Of a DNA stretch of 64,000 nt, positions 1 through 11,834 are shown piece by piece. The stretch is taken from the NCBI GenBank assembly GCA_020891255.1, contig BQFW01000006.1:1-64000 (forward strand), in the 5' to 3' direction. The notes below the pieces were generated by a model. It ran no database searches and was not told the origin of the DNA. It saw only the letters and a program-made list of their open reading frames with translations. Positions within the stretch are counted from its first letter, which is position 1; each line of letters begins with the position of its first letter. The stretch is from Entomortierella parvispora E1425 (lineage: Eukaryota; Fungi; Mortierellomycota). The translations under genes and the position numbers were made by a program.

Positions 1-16
1 GTCTTTCGGTCGAACC

Positions 17-290
17 GTTGCCTGTCTTTGCCTGTCGACTCCATCTTTGGCTGTCAGTCAAGTTGCTGCCTGTCGACTCATCACATAGCCCATTCAGTCA
101 AGTTGCTGCCTGTCGTTGCCTGTCGACTCCATCACGCCATGAGTCAGTCAAGTTGCTGCCTGTCGTTGCCTGTCAACTCCATCTTGCGGCCACTCAGTCA
201 AGTTGCTGCCTGTCGTTGCCTGTCAACTCCATCGCTTGGCCCACTCAGTCAAGTTGCTGCCTGTCGTTGCCTGTCGTTGCCTGCCGACTC
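17..290. repeat. About 50-bp minisatellite, 5-6 units
   Basis: Core TCAGTCAAGTTGCTGCCTGTCGTTGCCTGTC(G/A)ACTCCATC recurs near 54, 94, 144, 194 and 245, separated by short variable 8-11 nt segments. Confidence 0.85.
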
Positions 291-672
291 AATGCGATTG
301 CATGTGACATCCACATGCCATCATCAAGTTTCTGATTTCTGAAACGCCGGAGCCATCACCTCGAGTCTAGTACTTTTTGTTGCATGGGTCCACATTCGCA
401 CAGAAGACATAGACTGGTTGCACCCTGCTGTCCTTGCTGTCCTGGATGTTGCATCCGTTCGTACGGTAAGTTTGAGAAGAGTATCTTTTGAAGAACGGGG
501 AAAGAGTGATTTCTCAGAGCCGCAAAGGCAAAAAGAAAGAAAAGTGCTGCGAAAAGTCACGGACAGCGGAAAGGGAAAAAAAAACGAAATGCATTCTAAC
601 GTGGTCTCTTCTTGCTGTTGCCAACCTAGCCAGTGACCTTGACCTTGGTTCTGAGTCGACTGAAGTTTCGGA

Positions 673-1330
673 TCAGGTCGAGGTCGGGGTTTTCTTCTTG
701 GTGGTCCTGGCCTGGCCCTCTTCCTGGTCCTGGCCCTCTTCCTGGTCCTGGCCTCTTCCTGGTCCTGGCCCTCTTCCTGGTCCTGGCCCTCTTCCTGGTC
801 CTGGCCCTCTCTTCCTGGTCCTGGCCCTCTTCCTGGTCCTGGCCCTCTTCCTAGTCCTGGCCCTCTTCCTGGTCCTGGCCCTCTTCCTAGTCCTGGCCCT
901 CTTCTTGGTCCTGGCCCTCTTCCTGGTCTCTGGCCCTCTTCCTGGTCCTGGCCCTCTTCCTGGTCCTGGCCCTCTTCTTGGTCCTGGCCCTCTTCCTAGT
1001 CCTGGCCCTCTTCTTGGTCCTGGCTCTTCCTAGCCCTGGTCCTCCTCTTGGCTCATTATTCTTGGCCAAACCCTCCTGACTGGATCTGACAATGGACGGA
1101 CTTTTCGCTTCCCTGCATAGTTGCTATTCACTTCTGTCCTGCGGGCTTGATCTTTTTTTGGCGGAAACAAAAAGCTTCACTCCAGCGTGTTGTTCTGTCC
1201 ACTTCTGCAGTAGGTGTTGCTTCTCAAGCGCTTGGTGTTGCTCTCTTCTTGGAAAAAGAATCCATGCTGATGTCCTTTTTGTTTTCTTGTTCACATAGAC
1301 CACAGCCAGCCGGGCTTCTCGCTTCAGTGG
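673..1330 (-). pseudogene. Disrupted ORF ending in a basic (R/K)KRART repeat tract
   Basis: The 1618-1124 ORF frame continues past one TAG into AKNNEPRGGPGLGRARTKKRARTRKRAR.... Two indels in the repeat (near 928 and 810) net to 3 nt. It ends RTTKKKTPTST-TGA at 673. Confidence 0.35.
704..1035. repeat. 18-bp tandem repeat (CCTGGTCCTGGCCCTCTT)n, about 18 units
   Basis: Directly visible, with CTAGT and CTTGGT variants. Confidence 0.95.
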
Positions 1331-1439
1331 TCTTTTGGTTGGGCCTTCTCTCCCTTTGGAGACTGAGCTAGGAGGTCGATCTTGGTCTTTGCCTCTATTT
1401 GCTCTAGTTGTCACTGGTTGGCGCTCCATTACCATCATG

Positions 1440-2250
1440 TCACTGCATGTCGATTCTGTGGCCAAGTTGTTGATCTCGGCGCGGATCTTTCCCCCCTGGC
1501 CGGCCCCCCACCCACTCCCCCCCGAGGGACTGGGGGCCAGGGGGTTCTCTACCCTGCCCATCCCTTTTGTGTGAGGGATGGGAGTTGGGATTAGGGGCTG
1601 ATTCTGCAGCAGCAGCATCTACGCTGTTATTGCCCCAGATGTCACCGATGGACGCTTCCTGCGCGCCATCCACTCAAGCCCGTCGCATGTCGCTGCATGC
1701 TGATTCCCTTCAGCCAAGTTGTTGATCTCGGCGCGGATCCTCCCCCTCTGGCCGGCTCCTGCCCACTCCCCGAGGACTGGGGGCCAGGGGTTTTCTCCCC
1801 ACTTGCCCATCCCTTTGTGTGAGGGATGGGAGTTGGGACTGGAGCTGATTCTGCTGCAGCAGCCTCTATTGCTGTTGCCCCAGATATCACCGATGGACGC
1901 TTCCTGCGCGCCATCCACTCAAGCCCGTCGCATGTCGCTGCATGCTGATTCCCTTCGGTCAAGTTGTTGATCCGACGTGATCTTCCCCTGGCCGGACTCG
2001 CCACCCCACTCCCTTCTGAGGAATGGAGTCCAGGAGGGGGTTTCTTCTCTTCTCTCCCCACTTGCTCATCTTCCTCACCTGTGAGAATGAGATTTGGGGC
2101 TGACTCTGCTGCTGCTGCCCTCTGCCGCGGCTGCCCCAGATGCCACCGATGGACGCTCCCTGCGGTCCATCCTTCAAGCCCATTGCAGACTGACTGCTCC
2201 AAGTTGGTCTGTTTTGCCCCCTCTGGCCGGCTTCTCCCACTTCCCCCGGG
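1440..2250. repeat. Degenerate tandem repeat of about 250 bp, about 3 units
   Basis: CAAGTTGTTGATC near 1463, 1714 and 1960. GATTCTGC...CCCCAGAT.TCACCGATGGACGCT recurs near 1600-1660, 1848-1900 and 2100-2160. Confidence 0.75.
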
Positions 2251-2994
2251 GACTGGGGGCCAGAGGAGGTTTTAGCAGCCCTATCCATAGCCCACTCGTG
2301 AGCCGTGGCATGGGGCTCGGGAGGCCACTCGCCATCAGCTATCCCATTAGCTTGCACTTGCAGCTTCTTCTTGCGCCTTTCTGCTCACCGTTGCCGTTCA
2401 AGACTCTGCCAGCTTGCGCATCCCAGCTCGCCCATGCGAGCGCGCAAGCAAGGACTCCCCTATTCCCCCGCTCACCCCTACTTGGGGTGACATGGGCGGG
2501 CTTTCCTCCCATGCAGGCAGACAAGACAAGACAAGGACACCCTACTTTCCCCACCTTGCACCCTAACTTGGGTGCTCCTGGGCGATGGCTCACCCCAATC
2601 TGGGGTGTTCCCCAGCGTAGGGTCTCCCCATTGCAGGGTTTCCCCATTGTAGGGTTTCTTCACCCTAAAGTCCGTCCACCCAGTCTCCCCCCCAGAGACC
2701 CCTTAACTTTCCCCCTGACCCCCCACTCAGGGGGGTCATTTGGGTGTGACCAAGAGACCAAGAGTTGGAGAATGCCCTCATGCATCTTGTCAGGGTCGTG
2801 GATGCATGCGATTGGTCCGATCGGGTTCCATCGATCACGCCATCGTCAGGGTGGATTGAGATGGAGTAAGATGGAGCAAGATGGAAAAGATGAAAGAGAT
2901 GCCCAACCCAATTTGGACCTCTTTTCTCTTCTCTCCATTCTCTCCATTCCTCCATTCCCACCCACCCACCCCCACCAACAACAGCACTCCCACC

Positions 2995-3829
2995 ATGAAC
3001 CGCCACGCTGCCCCCCAGCACTCCCCAGTGAGCTTCAAGACAGTTGTCCAAACCCCCAAGAAGGTCACCATCGACGACTTTGTTGGCGAGAATGGCCTGG
3101 TTCCCTTAACACAGGCCCACAGCCACCTTAAGGGCTCCATGATGAGTCCTAGACCCATGAATCCTCCGCCCCCGCCAGAGCAGTGGCCTCCCCACCCACA
3201 CCGTCTTCGGCGGGTCCGATGACGAGGGGCAGGGGAGCGAGGACTCCAAGGAGGACAACCACCAAGATGACGACGCCGAGATAACGGACCCTCCCTCGGG
3301 ACAGGAGGACGAGACGGGGCAAGGCCATCACGTTGCTGACACCACGTACGTGGCTGATGCGGACGATGAGGCTACCCAACCATTGCCGGCGCTCGAGCAA
3401 GAACAAGACCTGTTGGAGATGGTGCCACAGAGCCCGCTGGAGACAATGGGGGTGGACTCCCCCCTGTCACAGGCAGCGACTGGCACTGTCGACCAGGCGC
3501 CCGTGGTTGACGTTCACCAACCACAAGACGCCCCAACCCCTATGCATCCGAGGCAATATACCCAGGCCCTGGAGACCTTCGTTCAGACTTCTCCAAAGGC
3601 GCTTCGAGTATGTCGAAGCGCGCCTCAGGATACACGAGCAAGCCCAAGTAGGCGAACATTCGGCGATGCAGGCTTGGATGACCTGGAGGACCAGTTCATG
3701 GATTTGAGTGATCAGATCTCTCATCACCTCTTCCGCCTCAGGCCACAGGCCCATCCCAAGCCCAAGCGTGCCCACTCCCGCCCCAAACCATACCACTCCC
3801 GCCCCGCCTCCAGGCGTGGCCCCAGATAG
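2995..3829 (+). pseudogene. Pro/acidic-rich ORF of about 280 aa with one frameshift near 3195; unknown product
   Basis: ATG at 2995 (MNRHAAPQ...PPPPPEQWP). The frame of the 3350-3829 ORF stays open upstream to about 3195 (THTVFGGSDDEGQG...), so one shift joins them. Confidence 0.35.
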
Positions 3830-3874
3830 CCCGTAAACCATCAAGCATTGAGCCGACTGGCATACCCCATTAAA

Positions 3875-3945
3875 GAACCTTAAAACCCTAAAAACCCTAA
3901 AACCCTAAACCTTAAATTTAGGGTTTATTTGCCCTAAACTCGCAT
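3875..3945. repeat. Degenerate interstitial (CCCTAA)-like repeats with one inverted TTTAGGG unit
   Basis: AACCTTAAAACCCTAAAAACCCTAAAACCCTAAACCTTAAATTTAGGGTTTATTTGCCCTAAAC. Confidence 0.7.
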
Positions 3946-4039
3946 ATTTAAACAGTTTCACGAGGTCCTGGAGCGTCTATGCATCGTTTGCGCCATTAGG
4001 ATCGACCTTAAAATGCGTTTTTTTGTTGTTTCCTAAAAA

Positions 4040-4460
4040 GGAAATGTGTAGATGTTTGGTGGCTTAGACTTTCTGGACTATTAGGTAAATCCTTTGTTTA
4101 CTTTTGCTCCCTGGTTCGAATCCGGCTTCGGCCTTGCTTTTCTGAAGATAAAAATCTAGCGCGTTTTTTTCCTTCATAGAGATATGAGATTTGGTGCATT
4201 ACATAGCTCTTTTCACAAGTATTCTATGTAGCTAAAAAAAATATCAATCCGTAAGGTGGATCTTGAGCAATTGCATTTTGTGATTTCGTTTTCTGTGAAA
4301 TTCGAACGCTCATTTCTGGAGATCTATGTTGACGACACAGGTGATTTTCATATGGGAAGGTGCCTATTCATCAAAGGTCTATATTGAAGAAGTAAAATCG
4401 ACGGTTGACAATGTAGTTGATGCGTAATTGCTGTTCTTAGATTTCGATTTTTTTTTTGAA
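4040..4460 (+). repeat. Dispersed repeat family A, copy 1 (contains a perfect Pol III B box)
   Basis: Homologous to 18176-18575 and 24141-24365 (shared TATTCTA.TAGCTAAAAA...TAAGGT.GATCTTGAGCAATT). GGTTCGAATCC near 4113. Confidence 0.75.
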
Positions 4461-6136
4461 AAAAAATAATTCTTTGGAGTGAAGTGGTGAGAAGAGCCGA
4501 AAGCCAGACGTTGACTGTCTCTCTCTTGAGTTCATTCAAACAGTTTTACTCTCCTGATCGTGCATGTAGACGAGAGATCAGCTCGCGCAGTTGTCATGTA
4601 GGTTTTTTATTGAAGTTCTGCAGACTGGACAAGACTAGGAACAAGTGGGGGAACGAGGTTGCAGCGCCTTTGTCTCAGAGCGGTTTCGTTCCTCGCTCAT
4701 TATGCTCTGTATGTGGGGCAGAGGAATTTGCTAGCTGATGGTCGAGATGACTTACCTAAGAAGTGCCTGCGCCTGAATTACTGACTTCATGTTTCCTACA
4801 TGCATCTCATTTGTTGCAGGTCCACTTTGGTTCATGGTTAGGTTGAATGAGCTTGTCTGTATGATTACATGTAAAAAAAAGTTGTGGTTGACGACGGAGG
4901 AAAGGAGTAGCGAGCAACGTGTGAAAAAGGATGAAAATCGAGAAGAAACGCCCAGGACTGTGACAACAGGGAGAGAAGAAGAGAGCAAAAACGATGGCAG
5001 GGGGCTGCAAGATGCGAAAGAAGTTAGTTTGATTCAAGAGAGGAGAAGGATGCACGAGAGAGAAGCGAGAGAGACGAGAGAGAAGCGAGAGAGACGAGAG
5101 AGACGAGAGAGAAGCGAGAGAGACGAGAGAGACGAGAGAGAGACGAGAGAGAGACGAGAGAGAGGCGAGAGAGAGGCGAGAGAGAGGCGAGAGAGAGGCG
5201 AGAGAGAGGCGAGAGAGAGGCGAGAGAGAGGCGAGAGAGAGGCGAGAGAGAGGCGAGAGAGAGGCGAGAGAGAGGCGAGAGAGAGGCGAGAGAGAGGCGA
5301 GAGAGAGGCGAGAGAACAGAGAGAACAGAGACGAGAGAGACCAGAGAGACGAGAGAGACCAGAGAGAGAGGCGAGAGAACAGAGAGAACAGAGACGAGAG
5401 AGAGAGAAACGAGACGAGAGAGATGAGAGAGACCAGAGAGACGAGGACAAGGGACGCAAGAGATGAGTGGGATGCAAGAGATGAGTGGGATGCAAGAGAT
5501 GAGTGGGATGCAAGAGATGAGTGAGATGAGTGGGATGCAAGAGACGAAGGGATGAGTTGGATGTAAGAGACCAGTTGGATGGATGCAAGAGACGAGACCA
5601 GTTGGATGCAAGAGATGGGTTGAGAGATGGGTTGAGAGATGGGTTGAGAGATGGCATGAGATGGATGGCAAGGGAAGGAGGGAGACTCGACAGAGACAGA
5701 CGGAGAAAAAAGAAACAAGTTCCATCGAACAACAACAACGCACGTTTCTCCCCTCGACCTTAACAAATCCAAAAGAACAATGGTCTTGGGAGGGAAAAGG
5801 ACAGGAGGGAGAGAGGAGGAGGGACAAGTGGCAAGAGAAGAAAGGGACAAGAGGAAGACGGACAAGAGACAAAAAAAGGGACGGACAAGAGAAAAGACGG
5901 ACGACGGACAAGAGGGAAAAGAGGACAAGAAGAAGAGAGACGGACAAGAGGGACATGGGCAACAAAAGACAAGCGACAATAGCCGAGACCAACAACAGCT
6001 GTGACAAACCATCCTCAAGCGGACAACAAAAAAAAACGATGTCGTGCAGGTCCTTGTCTTCTGCAAAGTGCACATGCCAAGATCAGATCTCCCCGCCCCT
6101 GGGTGGGCATGCGCAACCTGTGGGGAAGTAGGCAGC

Positions 6137-6138
<2 letters not shown>

Positions 6139-6182
<44 letters not shown>
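6139..6182. repeat. (GA)n microsatellite, about 22 units
   Basis: Directly visible. Confidence 0.95.
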
Positions 6183-6189
<7 letters not shown>

Positions 6190-6869
6190 AGTTCGAGAGG
6201 GGAGAGAGACGGAAGAGAAGGACAGACAACGAAGCGCGAGAGAAAAAAAATCAGGACTTCTCTGGGACAATCAACAGCGGGAGGAAAAGGACACGGGAGG
6301 GAAGAGTAGCAGGACAGGAACGAAAAAAAGACAGATTCCACTCCTTCCTCGACCGTTCCTCATCTCCTGCTATAGTGGACTCCAAAGGCAACGCGTCGTG
6401 CAAGGAAACCGAGAATGCAAAGAGGAAGGTACAGAAGGGACAACCAAATGGACAGATGGATATGGGAATCTTTCCGTCTTTCCGTCTGGAGACAACAGCG
6501 GATCCAACAACAAACGAGACAGGAACAACAGTCCACGCGGAGTCCAGATGCAAGAGACAAGAGATGCGAAGAGATGAGTTGGATGCAAGAAGAATGCAAG
6601 AGAAGAAGCAAGGGGAGAGACGGGTTGAACGCAAAGAACGAATTGGATTCTACGAAATGATGCAAGCAGTGAAAAAAGATGCAAGAAGCGAGTTGGATGC
6701 GAAAGAATAGAGGGACGGAGACACGGACAAGAGAAGAGACGGACAAGAGGGGGAAAAGAGAAGAGACAGACAAGAGGGAAGGACAAGAGGGAAGGACAAG
6801 AGGGACAACAGGGACGGACAGCGGTCGGACAAAGGGGGAGGGAAAAAAAAGACAGAAACATGGGCAAGG

Positions 6870-7150
6870 CCTGTCCATTATTCTTTCTTCTCCTTCCTTG
6901 ACCGTTCCATCTCATCTCGGACTCTCTCATCTCCTACCTCGCTCTTCCATCTTGCCACCTGCATCCATGCCATGCGCTTGCCTTCCATTGGTCTTGCGCC
7001 GTCCATCTTGTCGCCTCCATCTTTCTCGACTCTTACATCCTCTCCGTCCTTTGTGTCCATCTCATCTCTTTCATCGTCCATGTCCATGTTGCTCTTCTTT
7101 CCTATTGCATCCCACAACTCCCTCCTCCGCACCATCTCTTTGAAAGGCTG
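6870..7150. repeat. About 280-bp dispersed repeat (partner at 28720-28990)
   Basis: ACATGGGCAAGGCCTGT...CCTCCTCCGCACCATCTCTTTGAAAGGC is nearly identical in both places. Confidence 0.85.
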
Positions 7151-8159
7151 AGGCGGGAAGGTCAATTGAGAGGGTCTCAAAATGAGAGAGTAGATGACTC
7201 GATGAGAAAAGTAGATGGCGTGAGGAGAAAAGTAGGAGAAAAGTAGATGGCTAGAAAAAAATAAAGATACCGAAAGAGGAGAGAAGCGCAGATGAGTGGC
7301 TGCTAGAAGGATAGGATACGGGTGAGTCGCGCCAGAGACGAGCGCGTTTTCATGGGTCGCGTCAACATAAAAACCGCGGACAGGGAGGGCCCAGCACAGA
7401 TTTTTTTTTACAGGGCCCTAGCACGGACTATTTTACTGCCAATTGAAAACTGGTCAATATCCATTCTTGTCTCGTCCCCACTTCGTTCGAGTGCGTCTCG
7501 CCTGTTTGCTCGGCGTTTCCATAACACTACCAAAGAGATTATTCTTGCCAAAGCATCCGCAAAGGAGGCCACAGCACAAGCTGCGAGAATAAAAAAAAAA
7601 AAAGCAAAAGTGTATAGGTATATGATATCCAGGATCTACATCGCAAACAACATCCCATTGCCGGGTTGCCCGGCCATTAGAGCCTTCTATCGGAACCCCT
7701 CTTTGTTTCAATGACGGGGTAATCGCGACGGGTTACAACAAGGGTACTTAGTCATGACTTCATAGGCAAGATGGAGGAGATTTATTCTTTGGACATACGT
7801 CCCATGGCAGAACAAACGCGTGAGAGTTGACTTGTGTAGTCTACTGTATTAATTGCGTGAGCAGGGGGTCATTGAAGCCTCCATCAACTGAGTAGAGTAG
7901 TGTGTTCTCGACCATCCTACCACCCCAAGCGAATAGACAAGATGGAATAGATCTTCTACAAGAGAAATGGTCATTGAGCTTGCCAAGAAACATGCGAGCA
8001 ACGTTATTTGGTATGGTAGTTGGCGACTTGGGGTTTCAATCGCCTCAATCGAATAGCACCGCATCTCAATCGATAGACTTTTGTTCATTTATTCATAAAT
8101 AGATGACAGAGGGTCCACTTGAGGCAAGACCAAAACGTTGGCAGAGTCAAGTGGGTGGG

Positions 8160-8250
8160 GAAAAAAAAAAAAAATCGTCAAGTCCTAGGTTCGAACCCGG
8201 GGCAAAAGGTTGACCAGTCTATATCTTTCTCGACTAGACCAAAACCCAAG
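8160..8250 (-). pseudogene. tRNA-like relic (A/B box plus oligo-T), no intact cloverleaf
   Basis: The minus strand reads TGGTCTAGTC...GGGTTCGAACC followed by a T run. I could not build an acceptor stem. Confidence 0.3.
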
Positions 8251-8866
8251 ATAATCAATTGAAAGACGAATTTGTTCGAGCTTTTTTATATTTTAGCCCA
8301 ATTAATCTGGTGGTCACATGCTTTTCGGTGCTTTCACTGGAAAGGTGCTAAGAGCTGCAGAGCAAAATCGACTCAATAATCGGCTCAATAATCGACTTGA
8401 CATCTTTGGAGGACCATAAAAGTCCTCTGAGTTCAGTGACAGTGATCACTCTCATTCCCCAGCATGTCTGTGTTCAGATTAGTCGAAATGAAGGGTTCAT
8501 ATTGTTCACGGATTTTGACCGCAGCCTTGTTTGATGTTGAGGGATATGGAGCCGATTGAGCCGATTTAGTCGAATGAGTCGATTTTTTGAGCTGGTCATT
8601 AACTTTTCACGAATTCAAAAATAGCACCGCTCCAGATTTCGTTTATCGAAGATAGCTCGGGAACCAGAAGAGCTACCTGGGATCTGATAACCTTATCTGT
8701 AAGTTCTCAATATTCCCTCAACCAAGGTATGCGTTTCGTGATTCTATGGGCTCTCAATGGGGAGCAATATCGATCTAGCTCTAGCCTTACGGTGCTAAAA
8801 TTGAAATTTTATTTGGGAGAACAAACTACTACCTATACCTATATAGTGCAAAGCAGGATTGCACGT

Positions 8867-11621
8867 TTATTTCTGGCAGACATATCTGATGATGTTTTTC
8901 AATTTCACCATTTCGTCCCTGCGCTCCTCAATGCCCTCATAGAAAAATGTATCCATATTCGCAAGGTTGATAAACACCATCACATCCTCGGCGCCGGTTT
9001 TAGGGTCTGTCAAGACATAGGTAGCTGGCATACCGCTCTGGACGTCAGGGAGCGCGATATGAATGCGGAGTATGCCCATGAGACTGGAAGGAGTACCAGA
9101 AGTCTCAAAGTCATCTCGAATCCTTTTCAAAGTTTCGTTGAACTTCTTGCCGTCCTTTTGTAAGAAGCAGCTTCGAATGTTACTTGAGGTTATGTTTTCG
9201 AGGTGCTTCGCCTGTGGTACATTGCTGCTGTAGAATTTGACTGCAAGCGAGCCGGCGTACCGCTTGTCAGAGAAAAACCAAGCTCCATCCGGACGAGTGC
9301 CAAACTTGGCAATAAGCATCTTGTTCGGGGGACAATCAGTGAGAAAGACCTGATCGGCGGCAGTGCCAGTGCTGGTATATCCAAATCCAGCGGGAGTGTT
9401 GATCTCGTCAATTTGAAGCCGGAGATTGTAGCACCAATTGGGTAATGCGATGCCCTGGAGGAAAGGAAGGTCCGCGAGAAGGAAACCATTGAAACGCTGA
9501 AGGGATCGACGGACAAGTGGTTCTAGTGCATCCCCCTTTGACGTTGTAGCCAGTCCAAAGTTTTCGAGAATCTGAACAAGTTGATCCATGTATTCCTTGT
9601 ACGCAGGATCCGTGCCCGACTGCGCCAGCTCCTCTTCCACCGCATCCAGTACTATGGGCTCATCCATGATCAGATGGACGCCATCAGGGTGTTCCCGCAG
9701 TCTGCACAGCGACTTGTTCACAAAGTCGGACTGCTGCTGGCTCGAAAATGAAATTTTGGAATCATGAAGACGATAGGCCAAGGCCATTCGACTGAGAAGC
9801 CGCGCTGCCTCGCCCGATTTGTCGCTTTTCATAATAGTGCTTACGCCTTCCCGAAGGCCCCTCTTTACACTCTCGATCGTGAGGTCGATGGCAGTATCCA
9901 GAGTGGCCTGCTTGGAAAACTGGGTCTCGTCAGCTATGTTAAGGCGCTTGACGATGCCAAGGGAAAATCGGGCTCGTCCTGACAGCTTGATGCGCTTTGC
10001 TGGTGGAATTTCACAATCTGACAGGTCGACCAGGTCCGATATCATCTTGTTGATGTCAATCGAGTCGAACTGGGGAAAGTCAGTGATCCTTGTGAAGTTG
10101 ACGGTCTTGTCAAGAGCCGAGTATACATGGTCCGCATTCTGCAACGAGAGAGATGTGCCGAGGATCACAAGTGTTGCTCGCATGCCGCTCAGCGCTGCAG
10201 ACAATGGAGTGAGAAAACCGCGGCGATAAATGCTCCGGACATGGTTTTTGCTGTCAAAGATGGCGTCCATGTTGTTTCTGAAGTCGTTCAGAGCGGACGG
10301 CGAGATGAGCTTGCCGGCTAGGATATAATTCTCCGTGACCTGGGCTTCATCCAGAGCAATCACCAGTCCGAGTCGTCGGGGGACAAGATGAGCGTGAAGC
10401 TTGGTCTGGGTAAAATGGAGCATAGCTTCGATGGTGATTGTGTCGTACTCTCGCAGCTTATGAACCAGCGTGCGGATAGTCGAGGCTCCACCAGTAGTTG
10501 TCTGCTCACGGAAGTACTGCTCTGGCTCCAGACCTGGGGTGTAATTGAGGAGAAGCTGAAGGAAAAGCAGGCGGGCTAGGAACTCGAGGTAAACGCGCTG
10601 TCTTGCAAGTGCTTTGGTTTTTTCATCGATGCGGATCAGATTGCCCTGCTCTTCGCTTTCAATAGCCGTGTATATCATCTCGACGTCAGCTGCAAGTGTG
10701 ATGAAGTTGGGATCGTTAAAATCCGCGGAGATCACGGCGCTTGGGGTGGAGCAGACGCAGTAGATGACAAAATGTTTGGTGGCTAGATCGATGACGGTGG
10801 CTGTCTTTCCTGACCCACTGGGGGCCACCATGGCTATCACACGATTACCACTAAGCGCACCGATGTCGCCTTCGACAATAGAACGGAGAGTCTCGTTTGT
10901 GGTCGTCCGGGCCTTCCTGTCCAGCTCAAGTCCTAACATCACAAGCTTGATATCCGCTGCTGTGCCGTGATATGGCAGTATCCTTTTGAAAAAAGGCCCC
11001 AGTCTTTTCTTCTGGTAAGCCTCGGCTTCTTTTGAATCAACAACAAAGTCGCTAGTACGGTGATGTTGGAGGTTGTTGAGAATGACTGCTAATTCCTGAT
11101 CGATATGACCCTGCGGAACACACTTGAGCGGAGGAGTGGAGGGACGGGGAGGAACAAGAACATGCGCATGGGCTACGTCAGCGTAATCAGATAAATGGGT
11201 TCTTAGTCAATAGTCAAGGTCCACTTCCATTAGTCGTCACATGATGACCACAGCACGAGCAACAATTAGAGAAAGGCAAAGCTGCATTACCTTGACGGGA
11301 TTGAGGGGGTCGCTGGACAAAGATGTACGTACTGTCGTCAGGACCTTCAGGGAACAATTTGGAGAGAGGCGTCCTGGGTCTGTCAAGCTCTTCCTTATCA
11401 CGAAGAGAGTCAAACAATATGGAGGAGTATTGCCGCATGTCCTCAGGGATGGAAACAAGCCAGAGGATGAGCCTGTCTGCATCGATTCTGTCCAAATCAT
11501 TCGATTTCTTGTCCTTAATTTTTTCCCTGAGATCGCCGACTGTCATGGCAGGCTCCATGTCGACAGGGAATCCATTTTTCATGGAGTCGCCTTCCAGGAG
11601 ACAAAACAGCTTGTTCACCAT
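8867..11621 (-). CDS. Crinkler (CRN)-family protein: CRN N-terminal domain, P-loop NTPase and REase-like C-terminus, about 878 aa
   Basis: Exon 1 is 11621-11291 (MVNKLFCLLEGDS...FPVD...TVGDLREKIK...LILWLV...YIFVQRP). A GT-AG intron spans 11290-11173. Exon 2 (11172-8867) stays in frame and has Walker A APSGSGKT, Walker B-like VIALDEAQ and a RPDGAWFF...AVKFYS nuclease-like motif. Confidence 0.85.
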
Positions 11622-11834
11622 GGCGGTGGGAAGAGGGAATGCAAAAGGGGAAGGAGAGCTTGAACAAGATTGAATCAATGAAGAGTGAGAGAGAGGAGAA
11701 TGAAGAAAGAGAAGAGAATGAAGAATAGAACGAGAAGAGCATTGAGCGCGTGAATGGCGAACAAAGAAAAAAGGTTACAAAGGTGAAAGGCGTGGGAGCG
11801 GTGGCAAATAGAGTGGTGGCTTACACGCGCGCGT

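Larger units (their letters stand above)
4900..7300. repeat. Purine-rich composite repeat, copy 1 (GAGAGAGGC, GAGAGAC and GATGCAAGA subrepeats)
   Basis: Shares AACAACAAC...AAAGAACAATGGTCTTGGGAGG and GATGCAAG motifs with 24960-26950, 42480-43900 and 47790-49700. Confidence 0.75.

Noticed and set aside
17-290. CRISPR array
   Set aside because: Spacers are only 8-11 nt, there are no cas genes, and the context is eukaryotic.
4100-4135. tRNA gene at GGTTCGAATCC
   Set aside because: Only a T-loop/B box; no D arm, anticodon arm or acceptor stem. It lies inside a dispersed repeat.
4789-7180. Long low-complexity ORFs (e.g. 4807-6270, 5024-6073)
   Set aside because: By-products of GA-rich repeats that lack stop codons in several frames.
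8729-10970. Plus-strand ORFs overlapping the CRN gene
   Set aside because: Antisense shadows of a well-supported gene.
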